A stretch of DNA of 45,821 nt, taken from assembly GCA_036804625.1 (NCBI GenBank), contig DAIRSD010000001.1, positions 1 to 45,821 on the forward strand, given 5' to 3'. The stretch comes from Aureliella sp. GTDB taxonomy: Bacteria; Planctomycetota; Planctomycetia; Pirellulales; Pirellulaceae. Shown piece by piece: positions 29,416 to 39,562 of the stretch (position 1 is its first letter; every line of letters starts with the position of its first letter). The notes below the pieces were generated by a model. It made no database searches, was not told the DNA's origin, and was given only the letters and a program-made list of their open reading frames with translations. A program made the translations under genes and the position numbers.

Positions 29416-29733
29416 ACGGCTGGTTGGAAGTCAACTGGCGGCGAGTCTTTGATTGTGCCTGCCCATTGGATTCGGACTACCGCAAGTAGAGGTCTGATTC
29501 TGACGATTGTAAGGGTGGCCCAGCAAGGCCATGGCGGAAAGCGATTGAGATGCTGCTCTGCCGTTAGTTTTCCGAAGTTACCAATAAGCTAGAGTTGCAA
29601 AATAGGTCGGCTGAAGGGAGCAATTTCATCCAGGATCGATCCTTTTGAGTAATTTCCCGAACGACTCAGCCGCTTCAACTTCCAGCTTCTTATAAGCGCC
29701 CTTGATGACCGCATAACGCGGTCGGGTACCTTC

Positions 29734-31296
29734 ATGACTCCAGGCGATACAGTTCATTCAAAACCAGCACATCAAGCTACGGCAGTGGCTGGCGATGCAT
29801 TTATGACTGGACTGTTGGCGATGTTGGTCATCAATATTGGCCAGCGAGCTGTCGGTCTGCTACGCAACTTAGGCTTCTGCAATTTTCTGACCGATGCGGA
29901 CTTAGGGATGTGGGCTTTAGCCAACAGCTTTTTTATGATCGGTGCTCCGATTGCCGTTTTGGGGCTGCCGGGCTCTTTTGGGAAATTTGTCGAGCACTAC
30001 CGGCTGCAGGGCAAGCTGCGTTCTTATCTGATCCAACTGATGATCGTCAGCGGACTGGGCGTAATATTGTTAAGCGGGCTAATGCTGGCCTATCCCACTA
30101 CTGCTGGGCTAACACTTTATGGCAAAGATCTTGGTTATCAAGCGATCTTCTGGACCGTGGTCACATTGATCAGCGTTATCGGTTTTAACACTACTTTTGA
30201 ACTCGTGGTTTCATTGCGGCTGATTCGCTTGGGATCGATGATGCACTTCATCAACACGACGGTCTTCACTGGTTTGGGAATCGCTGGCATCATCTGGTAT
30301 CAGCACTGGATCGTGCTGCTGCCTGCCTATAGTTTAGCTTGCTTGTTGGCGATTTTACCGGGTCTTTGGGGTGCGTGGCGAGCGGCAGCCGGGGAATTGA
30401 GATCCTCAACGGCTATTTCGTCGCGTGCGATGTGGCGGCGAGTGATGCCATTTGCCGTTGCCCTTTGGTGTTCGAACTTGATTAGCAATCTGTTTGATTT
30501 GAGCGATCGCTACATGTTGCTGCACCTGTGCCATATGGGGGCAGAAGCCGGACAGGCCATGGTTGGACAGTTCTATTGCGGTCGAGTACTACCCAATCTA
30601 CTTTTAAGCCTAGCTATGATGTTGGCAGGCATGTTGCTGCCTTACTTGAGCGCCGATTGGGAGCGTGCACAGTTCGCAAAGATATCGGTCAGCATGAACG
30701 GCATTTTGACCCTGTTAGCTCTTGCCTTCACAGGGCTGTCTCTGGCAGCAATCGTAGCATCACCGATCATGTTCCAAGGAGTGTTATCGGGACGCTATCA
30801 ACAGGCATCGGATATCCTACCGTTGGGTATGGTGCTGGCAGCGTGGTCGGGGCTATCCACGGTGGCGGCTGCCTACCTGCTGTGTGCCGAGAAGGCCAAG
30901 CAGAATGCCATCTTACTGGCTATCAGTCTGGTGATGAATGTCATACTCAATTGGCCGCTTATCCTGTGGTATGGACTTTATGGAGCCGCGCTGGCGACGA
31001 CTGTTACTAATGGTTTGCTGCTGTACTTGGTCCTTTGGCGGATGCATCGCGAGGGCTGCAAGATCAAACTGTCCACACTGCTGTTCTGTGGCATGCCAGT
31101 CTGCCTCTTGTTTGGCCAAGTGGCCGCCATCACTCTGTTGTCAGCAGTAATCATCGCTTGTGGCCGAACCAACTGGTTACTGACCTCGGCAGATCGCCGG
31201 GCCATGGATCAGTTGTTGGTGCCCTATCTTGAAAAGCTTAGACTGCCAATGCGTTCCATTTGGCCGCTGACGGAAGGTGCCAAAGGTGCGGTCTGA
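29734..31296 (+). CDS. Oligosaccharide flippase / polysaccharide biosynthesis (Wzx, MOP superfamily) protein
   Basis: Many TM segments; 'LGLPGS', 'LSDRYML', 'LLPYLS', 'LNWPLILWYGLYGAALAT'. Confidence 0.82.
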   Translation: MTPGDTVHSKPAHQATAVAGDAFMTGLLAMLVINIGQRAVGLLRNLGFCNFLTDADLGMWALANSFFMIGAPIAVLGLPGSFGKFVEHYRLQGKLRSYLIQLMIVSGLGVILLSGLMLAYPTTAGLTLYGKDLGYQAIFWTVVTLISVIGFNTTFELVVSLRLIRLGSMMHFINTTVFTGLGIAGIIWYQHWIVLLPAYSLACLLAILPGLWGAWRAAAGELRSSTAISSRAMWRRVMPFAVALWCSNLISNLFDLSDRYMLLHLCHMGAEAGQAMVGQFYCGRVLPNLLLSLAMMLAGMLLPYLSADWERAQFAKISVSMNGILTLLALAFTGLSLAAIVASPIMFQGVLSGRYQQASDILPLGMVLAAWSGLSTVAAAYLLCAEKAKQNAILLAISLVMNVILNWPLILWYGLYGAALATTVTNGLLLYLVLWRMHREGCKIKLSTLLFCGMPVCLLFGQVAAITLLSAVIIACGRTNWLLTSADRRAMDQLLVPYLEKLRLPMRSIWPLTEGAKGAV

Positions 31297-31334
31297 CTGC
31301 AGGGAGGGCAGTGAAAAAGCTTTGAGAATCCGAT

Positions 31335-31640
31335 TCGGAAATAATTCGGGCGTCCAATATGGCCGGAAGAGGGCCTGGCACGAGTCGCATTCCAAGTTCG
31401 CAAATTCGCGAAGGTCGGCAAACCAAACTTACAATGAAATACCCCTGCTCCGCTGATGTGATCACTGTGTTCATGCGACAGCACCAGCGCTTGGCAATCG
31501 CGAATTTCAAAACCAAATTCAGCCAAATGGAACTCGGCTTTGCTGACACTAATACCAGCTTCAAACAGAACACACGTATCACCGCTACTAGCGAATACGC
31601 ATTTGCCGGAACTTAATGATTGCAATGGGATGACTTCCAT
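31335..31640 (-). pseudogene. Truncated, decayed MBL-fold metallo-hydrolase (YycJ/WalJ-like)
   Basis: Keeps 'SHEHSDHISG', but the family motif 'SGSSGN' reads 'SLSSGK' and 'DAG' reads 'EAG'. Similarity stops after about 100 aa and the ORF runs into the flippase 3' end. Confidence 0.75.
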
Positions 31641-32014
31641 GAGGGTAGTGTACCTTACCCCTTCATTAGCTGAAAGCCGCCTGCTGGTTCAGCGCTCCGA
31701 ACAAGTCCGCTCCGCTATGAAAATATCTTGACGCGCCGAGAATGGACAGAACTGCGACGTAAGTGTTTAGAGTGGATTGGCAAGCGATTGGGACAAAAGA
31801 TCATTCGTCGATCGCGATGTGATCGATACCGGCCCGTTCCAAGAAATGGGCGGCTTTCATTGTTCGGACATCGTATTCAGGGCCAAGCTGGGGTCCATAC
31901 GGCGATACATTAGCGGCGCAATGTGGGCGTTCGCATACCATATTGTAAGGGCTTAAGTCATCCATAGCTGCCGTATTATGATTCTTCGAATGAACCCGAC
32001 GGCTGGGCCACATC

Positions 32015-33670
32015 TTGGTGAATTCCTTGGCAACGGCTATAATGAGTCGTTTCTTTGCGCGAAGGATTTTAAGGGTGTCAGCTAGTTCGAATGAAGCGAC
32101 CAAGCATGCTCGAGTGCCTCGAGTTTCGTTGTCGGATGAAAAAATTCTGGTTCTGGATTTTGGTTCTCAGTATGCTCAACTGATCGCGCGACGAGTGCGC
32201 GAACAGAATGTTTACTGCGAACTGATTCGCCATGATTTGCCAGCGGCGACTATTGCGCAAAAGCGGCCCAGTGGCATTATTCTGTCAGGAGGACCGGCCA
32301 GCGTCTATGCGCAAGGGGCCCCGCAGTGTGATCCTGAGCTGTTTCAGCTGGGCATTCCGGTACTGGGCATCTGCTATGGAATGCAGTTGGCTTGTCAGTC
32401 GTTGGGTTCACAAGTTAGCAATTGTCAGTCTCGTGAGTTCGGCCGGGCCACTCTAAAGATTCACCAAATGCAGGGGCTGCTTGCCGGGTTGCCACCACAG
32501 ATGGATGTGTGGATGAGCCACGGGGACCAAGTGGCTGCGGTGTCGGAGGATTTTGTGCCGCTGGCGGCAACTAGCACTTGTCCTTTGGCTGCGGTACAGC
32601 ATCGTCAGTTGCCCGTTTATGGTCTGCAGTTTCATCCCGAGGTGACTCATACGCCACTGGGAGCCACGATTCTTCATAACTTTTTGTATGCCGTCTGTGG
32701 CTGCCAGGGACAGTGGCATTTGACAGATTTTGCTGCTCGCTCAGTGGAACAATTGCGTGAGCAGATTGGCGAACATCGCGTCATCTGCGGATTGTCGGGT
32801 GGCGTGGACAGCGCGGTGACAGCCGCACTGCTGGTCAAAGCGATCGGCAGCCAAGTCAGTTGCATCCTGGTGGATAACGGGTTGCTGCGCAAGGACGAAC
32901 AGGCGGCGGTTCTTTCTGAATTCACCAATCATTTCAAAGCGGACTTGCATGTCATCCAGGCCGAGGATCGGTTCCTGTCAGCGCTCAAAGGAGTGATCGA
33001 TCCTCAAGACAAACGCCGAAAAATTGGCGGGCTGTTTATCGACTGCTTCAAAGAGGAGGCGGCCAAAATTGTTGGAGCGAAATTCCTAGCGCAAGGCACT
33101 TTGTATCCTGATGTGATTGAATCGGGGGCAGCCAAAGATGGACCGGCTGCGACCATCAAGTTGCATCACAACGTTGGCGGTTTGCCCGAGCAGTTGGGAT
33201 TTGAACTGGTAGAACCATTACGAGATCTATTCAAAGATGAAGTTCGTCGGTTGGGATTGGAACTGGGCTTGCCTGAGCAGTTGGTTTGGCGACATCCGTT
33301 TCCTGGCCCTGGGTTGGCTGTAAGATGCTTAGGCGAGGTTACTCAGGAAAAATTGTCCGTGTTGCGCGAAGCCGATCATATCGTCGTTAGCGAAATCCGC
33401 GCAGCGGGACTATACCGTCAGACCTCTCAGGCCTTTGCCGTTTTGCTGCCGGTACAAAGCGTGGGCGTGATGGGAGATGCGCGTACGTATGAGAACACCG
33501 TGGCCGTGCGATGTGTCAACACCGATGATTTTATGACTGCGGATTGGAGTCACTTGCCTTACGAATTGTTGGCTCGTATTAGCAGTCGCATCATCAATGA
33601 AGTTCGAGGCGTCAATCGAGTGGTGTACGACATCAGTAGCAAGCCGCCTGCCACAATTGAATGGGAATAG
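32015..33670 (+). CDS. guaA: GMP synthase (glutamine-hydrolysing)
   Basis: '[20 protein letters not shown]', 'LGICYGMQ', 'QFHPEV', 'LSGGVDS', '[11 protein letters not shown]', 'RHPFPGPGL', '[10 protein letters not shown]'. The true start is uncertain and may be as far in as TTG 32129. Confidence 0.97.
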   Translation: MVNSLATAIMSRFFARRILRVSASSNEATKHARVPRVSLSDEKILVLDFGSQYAQLIARRVREQNVYCELIRHDLPAATIAQKRPSGIILSGGPASVYAQGAPQCDPELFQLGIPVLGICYGMQLACQSLGSQVSNCQSREFGRATLKIHQMQGLLAGLPPQMDVWMSHGDQVAAVSEDFVPLAATSTCPLAAVQHRQLPVYGLQFHPEVTHTPLGATILHNFLYAVCGCQGQWHLTDFAARSVEQLREQIGEHRVICGLSGGVDSAVTAALLVKAIGSQVSCILVDNGLLRKDEQAAVLSEFTNHFKADLHVIQAEDRFLSALKGVIDPQDKRRKIGGLFIDCFKEEAAKIVGAKFLAQGTLYPDVIESGAAKDGPAATIKLHHNVGGLPEQLGFELVEPLRDLFKDEVRRLGLELGLPEQLVWRHPFPGPGLAVRCLGEVTQEKLSVLREADHIVVSEIRAAGLYRQTSQAFAVLLPVQSVGVMGDARTYENTVAVRCVNTDDFMTADWSHLPYELLARISSRIINEVRGVNRVVYDISSKPPATIEWE

Positions 33671-33672
33671 AC

Positions 33673-34827
33673 ATGTCTGGAAATCGAGCGACTGTACTAG
33701 CCGGTATTCCAAGTCAAAATTCGGCATTGTATCACCGAGTTCGCTTTGGTACGGGAGATCCGGCGGCGTGGATTTGTATCCACAATTCAGAAGGAGATCA
33801 CACCGAGTTTCTGGTCCGCGATATCGAAGTGCAGCGGGCGCAGCAAAGCGTAGGTGTCAATCGTATAAGTAGCCCAGGTGATCATCAGCCAAGCGGTGGT
33901 CTGTCGGGCGACCGAACAACGGCGACAGCTCAAGCATTGGCCGAATGCCTTCGCAAGCACAGCGTCACCTGTGCAGTGGCCGATCGCACTTTGCCTTACG
34001 TCTATGCTTGGCATATTCAAAAGGCTGGCATTGCGATCGAGTACGACGCCGATTTGGGCGTTACCGATCGCCGTCGTAAAGACGCTCAAGAGATAGAATG
34101 GTTGGCTGCTGCGCAGGCGATTACTGAACAAGCGGTGTTGATGGCTTGCCAGACCATTTACAGTGCACGAGCCGCTTCCGATGGTTCATTGCTGCATGAT
34201 GGCCAACCGCTCACCAGCCAGCGATTGCAGTTTATGATCGCACAGTTTTTGCTGGAGCGGAATTACCATTGTCACCATGGTCTGATCGTGGCCAGCCATC
34301 CGTATTCTGCCGATTGTCACCATCGCGGCCAGGGTGTGCTGCAAACCGGTCAGGCAGTGATTATCGACGTGTTTCCGCAAAGCGCAACGACTCAATATCA
34401 CGGCGATTGCACTCGAACGGTCGTTCACGGTGACGCACATGATCGGCTACGTGACATGCACGCTGCCGTTTTGGCGGCTAAGCGTGCTGCGATTGGACTG
34501 GCTGTTGCAGGTGCTTCGGCGGATCGTGTTCATCAGGCCGCTAAAAGTGAAATAGTACGAAATGGCTTCCGGTTCGCTCGTGGGCAGATCGCTGATGACC
34601 CTGTGATGCCTCACGGAACCGGCCATGGCATTGGTTTGGAAGTGCATGAGCCTATACTGCTTGATGACAATGGCGGTACACTGATGGCGGGCGAAGTGCT
34701 GACTGTCGAACCTGGTTTGTACAGCCGACACTATGGTGGCGTGCGAGTCGAAGATATGATAGTCATCGCTGAAGCCGGTCCTGCGCAAAATCTAAATCGA
34801 CTGCCTGAAGGCTTACAGTGGCCGTAG
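33673..34827 (+). CDS. Xaa-Pro aminopeptidase (M24 family)
   Basis: 'IIDVFP', 'YHGDCTRT', 'HGTGHGIGLEVHE', 'TVEPGLY', 'GVRVED'. Confidence 0.92.
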   Translation: MSGNRATVLAGIPSQNSALYHRVRFGTGDPAAWICIHNSEGDHTEFLVRDIEVQRAQQSVGVNRISSPGDHQPSGGLSGDRTTATAQALAECLRKHSVTCAVADRTLPYVYAWHIQKAGIAIEYDADLGVTDRRRKDAQEIEWLAAAQAITEQAVLMACQTIYSARAASDGSLLHDGQPLTSQRLQFMIAQFLLERNYHCHHGLIVASHPYSADCHHRGQGVLQTGQAVIIDVFPQSATTQYHGDCTRTVVHGDAHDRLRDMHAAVLAAKRAAIGLAVAGASADRVHQAAKSEIVRNGFRFARGQIADDPVMPHGTGHGIGLEVHEPILLDDNGGTLMAGEVLTVEPGLYSRHYGGVRVEDMIVIAEAGPAQNLNRLPEGLQWP

Positions 34828-34899
34828 TTTCCCGACCTTGGAACGGCATGTCGTCTTACCGAATCATCCCAACACTCAATCCAACAGGAGTAAAGTTTC

Positions 34900-35415
34900 A
34901 TGAAACTGAAATCGATACAACCGCAATTTGCTCTGCTTATCATGGCAAGCTGCTTGTTGTGGACCGCCTGTGCGACTCAGGATTTTGCTCCTGGTACATC
35001 CGCACAACCTTCTTCAACCGTAGGACCAGCAGACAGTTTGGAAAAAGCGACTCCTGGACCAGTTGAAGCGGCGAATGCTGAGTTCGCCCAAACCGCTAGT
35101 GGTTTGCGATATCGCATTCTGCGCTCCGGCCAAGGCGCGAAACCAACCGCATCCAGTTTGGTGGTCAGCCATTACAAAGGGTGGCTAGATGACGGATCGA
35201 TCTTCGACAGTTCCTATCGAAGTGGCCAGCCGATCAAGTTTCCGCTTGGCGGTGTTATTCCGGGTTGGACTGAGGGCCTGCAACTGATTGGCGAGGGTGG
35301 CATGATCGAACTCGAAATACCATCGCAGTTGGGCTACGGCGAACAAGGCATGCCACCGGTCATTCCACCCAAATCAAGGCTGCATTTTATCGTCGAACTG
35401 GTGAAAGTGCTTTAG
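34900..35415 (+). CDS. FKBP-type peptidyl-prolyl cis-trans isomerase (exported)
   Basis: Signal/lipoprotein-like N-terminus; 'TASGLRY', 'HYKGWL.DG..FDSSY', 'VIPGWTEGL', 'IPSQLGYG'. Confidence 0.95.
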   Translation: MKLKSIQPQFALLIMASCLLWTACATQDFAPGTSAQPSSTVGPADSLEKATPGPVEAANAEFAQTASGLRYRILRSGQGAKPTASSLVVSHYKGWLDDGSIFDSSYRSGQPIKFPLGGVIPGWTEGLQLIGEGGMIELEIPSQLGYGEQGMPPVIPPKSRLHFIVELVKVL

Positions 35416-35422
35416 ACACGCT

Positions 35423-36397
35423 TCAAGCCAAGGGCCATTGAAAGCGGCTGCTGGCCGGTGCATGATGGAAGTCTGTGTCCGCAATGAACAAACCGCCCGC
35501 CCAGTCCGACTGTGTTTGTCGCGACTCGGGCATGTGTTCGACCGCTGTTGTGATGACCAGTTTGACACTGCCGTCAGGATGATCGATCAGCATGGGACAA
35601 GTTGCTTGTGGACTTCGTGGCGTACGCCATATCCCTTCCAATTGGCCGTCAAGCAGGCTGTACTGCCGCGTTTCGCCAAAGTCTGCTGGATTGGGATTAT
35701 AAAAACTGATGATCGCACTTTGTTCGTCGGGTGTCAAAACCATCCCATCTGGCACTCCAGCTAGGTTCGATAAGTCAATGATCGTTTGGCAATCGGAAAG
35801 CTGGCCAGCTTGAGTGTCCAGCCGGTATCGAACTACTTTTCGAGTGGGTGAATCGATGTCGATCAAATGCAACCCGTCACCTGATGAGATAACATCTTTT
35901 CCGTTGCTGCAAATCTGATCGCTGCGAAGCTGAACCAGGCGCTTGTCGCGACCACGAAACAGATACAGACCAGCTTTCTTCGTCTTAAACTCCAAGTCTT
36001 TGCAGCCAAAAACCAGATTATCACCAAAGCAGGTGCCATCATTGATAATCGTGTTATCGACACCTGAGTCGATGCCTTCGCAAATCACCTGCCAAGACTG
36101 ATCGGAGACTCGAAAAATGCCCAACGATCGTTCACAGCCGACCACAAACACACCTTCCTGCTGAGTCGGCTTGGCAAAACCGGGGCGTCCAGGAAGATTG
36201 AATTGTTGATTACGACCCGTCTTCAAGTCGAAAATGTTCAGCGACCCGGTAACAGCTTTTGAGCCGTGTTGAATCGCCACCCAACTGAACATACCACCCC
36301 CCAGTGCTGTTGGTCCCTCGGGCAAGAATCGGACCTCCGGCGGTACCGGCAGATAAAGCAGCCGAGCATCGCGGCTTGTAATTTTTGGAGTTGACAT
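35423..36397 (-). CDS. SMP-30/gluconolactonase/LRE family beta-propeller protein
   Basis: 'LPEGP', 'INDG', 'CSNG', 'IDSPT', 'GVPDGM', 'QATCP'; GAGGA precedes the ATG. Confidence 0.88.
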   Translation of the reverse strand: MSTPKITSRDARLLYLPVPPEVRFLPEGPTALGGGMFSWVAIQHGSKAVTGSLNIFDLKTGRNQQFNLPGRPGFAKPTQQEGVFVVGCERSLGIFRVSDQSWQVICEGIDSGVDNTIINDGTCFGDNLVFGCKDLEFKTKKAGLYLFRGRDKRLVQLRSDQICSNGKDVISSGDGLHLIDIDSPTRKVVRYRLDTQAGQLSDCQTIIDLSNLAGVPDGMVLTPDEQSAIISFYNPNPADFGETRQYSLLDGQLEGIWRTPRSPQATCPMLIDHPDGSVKLVITTAVEHMPESRQTQSDWAGGLFIADTDFHHAPASSRFQWPLA

Positions 36398-36496
36398 GGT
36401 TCCTCTGTTCATTCGAAGAAATTATTCAAAACTTCTCGCTGATCGGTGGTACTGTAACATTATATCCGGAAGGCTTGTCCTGCTGATCATTCGGCT

Positions 36497-37384
36497 TCAG
36501 AAATCACAGTACTCGTCATAGGCATCTCGCAGCAAAGCTAGGTCGACCGCAACTCCAGTCCATCGCAGTAAATCGTATGCTTCCCCGGCAACCGCTAGTT
36601 CCGACTCACCGATGCGGCGCAATGGGCAACCTGCCAGCAGCTTTGGCAAGGCCGATGAATGGCTAGTTATCATCGATAGCGATGGACAATGAAGATCTGA
36701 TATCTGCCCACCGATCGAATCAGGGATTGCTGCCGTCTGAGTGACCAGCGCTAAATGTTTTTGCGTCGGAGGATTGGATTCGCCTTGAGTATTCATTAGT
36801 TGCTGCTGCAGCCAACTTGTATTGTCGATGGTCTCCGCCTCCGTCAAACGCCCTTCTGTCTTCAATCGTTCAATCTGGCCAGGCAAGACCTTTGCAGCTT
36901 GGTCTACGGGAGCCAATGTCCACAACCATGGCGGAGCGACAGGTACTTGTGACAAAGCTACGAACAAACTGCGTGTGGCACGACTGTCTCCGTGCAGCCA
37001 GATCAAGCTGGGCGGCGGCTGATTCCAAGTCAAGCAATCCAGCCAGGCAAATCCACAATTGTCCCATAACTGCCAACCGTTATCTGCTGGACACCCCGAA
37101 GTTACCCGACCAATAAAATGAGAGTTTGTGTCCCCGTTGGCCAACGATGTCACGGCCTGACTTTCGTATTGGCCAAATAGTCGCAGTCCGCGAAATCCCA
37201 TCGCCAACATGCCGGCGCAAGCGATGCCAAATTTCTCTTCAGCCACTTCTACCGACAGCGCTCGCCAATCCAAAGACTGACTGGCGAAGGCGCGTTCCAG
37301 CAAGAATTGCGTCGGCTGCCCAGCCACACTAGGGCCGATGCAGACGATCACTGACTGAGAGACTGAATCTATTTCTCTGTTCAT
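36497..37384 (-). CDS. Divergent shikimate-dehydrogenase (AroE)-like protein, catalytic motifs degenerate
   Basis: The N-terminus 'CIGPSVAGQPTQFLLERAFASQSLDWR...AMGFRG' resembles the AroE substrate-binding domain and the C-terminus 'LRWTG' also fits. The TxPxK, NTD and GxGG motifs are absent. Confidence 0.6.
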   Translation of the reverse strand: MNREIDSVSQSVIVCIGPSVAGQPTQFLLERAFASQSLDWRALSVEVAEEKFGIACAGMLAMGFRGLRLFGQYESQAVTSLANGDTNSHFIGRVTSGCPADNGWQLWDNCGFAWLDCLTWNQPPPSLIWLHGDSRATRSLFVALSQVPVAPPWLWTLAPVDQAAKVLPGQIERLKTEGRLTEAETIDNTSWLQQQLMNTQGESNPPTQKHLALVTQTAAIPDSIGGQISDLHCPSLSMITSHSSALPKLLAGCPLRRIGESELAVAGEAYDLLRWTGVAVDLALLRDAYDEYCDF

Positions 37385-37564
37385 CGGCTGCACTCGGTGA
37401 TGAAGGTGTCGCGGATTGTAACGACTATACCGATATTGTAGCGAACTTTGCTGGACTTCGTAACGCGGGTGCAGGTCCACTTGAAGTCATTTCGATCAGG
37501 CAAATTATGATGAAACTGTGAACCGACCAGCGTTCAGTTCCCAGTTTTCCAGAAGAGATATTCC

Positions 37565-38404
37565 ATGAGTCATCATTCGGTATCGACCGTTCCTTGCAAC
37601 CAGCGAGAAGCCAGCAGCGGGAATCGTACCACCCCGATATGGGGCTTAATCCTACTGTCGACCTGTGCCTGTGTCTGGTTTCCGATATCCGGTCATATCA
37701 TCTCAGCTTGGTTTCAACCGACGCTAGTGGGCTGGTTATGGGGATGTCAATTCCTGCTTGGATTTTGGCTAGCTGGGTCAGGTCGTTTTTCCGCACTGAA
37801 TCTGATTTTGACAGGGCTGACGTTCGGCTGGCTGGCCACTGCCTTTGGGTCGCTTACCGATTTCAAACTAGTTGAAAGCATTGTTCTGAATGCCTTATCC
37901 TTTGTCAGCGGTTGGATGCTGATTCGAACGCACGTGTCAGTAGCTAGGCACCACTGGTCACAAGTTTGGAGGCTAGCCGGAGGTCAAATCACCCTGCTGG
38001 AACTGATGGGAGTCATGACCATTGTGGCTTGTGTTTTGACGGCCTTGCCACATTTTCTAACGCACCTGGAATTAACCATCGGAGTTTTCAGCACAATGAT
38101 TGTCTGTAGCGGCATGTCTTGGACTTGCTATCACTGGGTTTGGAACGATCACCAGCCTGTCAAAATTTGGAGCTTTAGGGGCCTAGCGATTGTAGTTGGC
38201 TCAGTTGGAATCATCTTGAGCGCTTCGGTAACTTCAGAAGGCAACGACTCACTCACGGGGATGTTGCAGGGGCCTGTGAACGTGATTGCATCCCAAGTGA
38301 TATTGGTGCTGTTTGCCATGGGTTTGACTCGCAGCAGCTATTCCGTCGCCAGCCGTACGGACGGTCAGTCCATGGCGGAATCACTGTCAAGCAAAACGAT
38401 CTAG
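37565..38404 (+). CDS. Hypothetical polytopic membrane protein
   Basis: 279-aa ORF with about 8 hydrophobic segments; no motif recognised. Confidence 0.65.
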   Translation: MSHHSVSTVPCNQREASSGNRTTPIWGLILLSTCACVWFPISGHIISAWFQPTLVGWLWGCQFLLGFWLAGSGRFSALNLILTGLTFGWLATAFGSLTDFKLVESIVLNALSFVSGWMLIRTHVSVARHHWSQVWRLAGGQITLLELMGVMTIVACVLTALPHFLTHLELTIGVFSTMIVCSGMSWTCYHWVWNDHQPVKIWSFRGLAIVVGSVGIILSASVTSEGNDSLTGMLQGPVNVIASQVILVLFAMGLTRSSYSVASRTDGQSMAESLSSKTI

Positions 38405-38509
38405 GTGATCCGGTGTGCTTCAAAAGTTCAGCCGCATTGAGTACGATTGCAGAGTTTTGAAAATCAGCCGCTTCTAGTTGTCCTGGCCCAAGCATAAATC
38501 AACTCTCGT

Positions 38510-39547
38510 TTGGAATCGAACTTGACGCACCCACCTAGTCCCTATCGTTGGCCTGCTGAATGGGAATCACAAGCAGCCACATGGTTATCCTGGCCACATC
38601 GAGTGGGCACATGGCCTGGACATTTTGGACCTATTCCCGCAGTCTACGTGCGATGGATCGAAGCCATAACGCAGTGGCAACACGTGCATTTGATCGCTGG
38701 CTCGCCACATTTCATGCGAGAAGTCGAAGAGGCCGTGGGTCATCTTACCAATCTAACCATTCATGCTTGGCCCACCAATGATATTTGGATACGCGACTAC
38801 GGGCCTACTTTTGTCAAACGCATTCGCGATGGAAAGCTGGTGGCTGTCGATTGGCAATTTAACGCTTGGGGTAATAAGTACCCAGACTTTGACGATGATG
38901 CGCTTGTCGTTGAAAGAATCTGTCACAGCATCGGTTGCCTGCGCAGTCGGTCGCCTATGTACTGCGAAGGCGGCGGACTGGAGACTGACGGGCAAGGGAC
39001 GCTACTGACGACCAGCAGTTGCCTGCTGAGCCCTCAGCGCAACCCCGGATGGACTCGGGAAATGATCGAGACTGAATTGCGGCAGCAACTGGGCGTTGGG
39101 CAGATCGTGTGGGTTGACGGAGGGGGATTAGAGGGAGATGACACGGACGGGCACATCGATCAGTTGGCTAGATTTGTGGCTCCTGGAGTTGTAGTCGTTG
39201 CTGTCAGTTCATCACCCGGAGACTCCAACCGCCAAGGATTGCTTAGAAATCAAGAGATCCTTCGCCAATTTAGGACCAGAGAAGGAAAGCTGCTTGCCGT
39301 TCATCCGCTTCCAACGCCTGCTCCGCGTAGGGTGGGAAACCAACGAGTGCCAGAGAGTTACTGCAACTTTTTATTTGTCAATGGTGCGGTCATCGTGCCA
39401 ACGTTTCGCAGTCCATCGACAGATCAAGCAGCCATACAACTGCTCAGTCAATTGATTCCCGATCGGAGAATCATACCGCTGGATGCCTATGATTTGATCT
39501 TAGGGCGAGGCGCATTTCACTGCGCCTCGCAGCAGCAGCCATCGTGA
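38510..39547 (+). CDS. Agmatine deiminase / peptidylarginine deiminase family protein
   Basis: 'PAEWE', 'WIRDYGP', 'FNAWG.KY', 'EGGG', 'DDTDGHIDQLARF', 'SYCNF', 'GAFHCASQQQP'. Confidence 0.94.
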   Translation: MESNLTHPPSPYRWPAEWESQAATWLSWPHRVGTWPGHFGPIPAVYVRWIEAITQWQHVHLIAGSPHFMREVEEAVGHLTNLTIHAWPTNDIWIRDYGPTFVKRIRDGKLVAVDWQFNAWGNKYPDFDDDALVVERICHSIGCLRSRSPMYCEGGGLETDGQGTLLTTSSCLLSPQRNPGWTREMIETELRQQLGVGQIVWVDGGGLEGDDTDGHIDQLARFVAPGVVVVAVSSSPGDSNRQGLLRNQEILRQFRTREGKLLAVHPLPTPAPRRVGNQRVPESYCNFLFVNGAVIVPTFRSPSTDQAAIQLLSQLIPDRRIIPLDAYDLILGRGAFHCASQQQPS

Positions 39548-39562
39548 ACTTCGAATCGAAAT

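Noticed and set aside
33640..33700. guaA 3' end as a genomic-island integration site
   Set aside because: The M24 peptidase gene follows 2 nt after the stop; no integrase or att duplication is seen.
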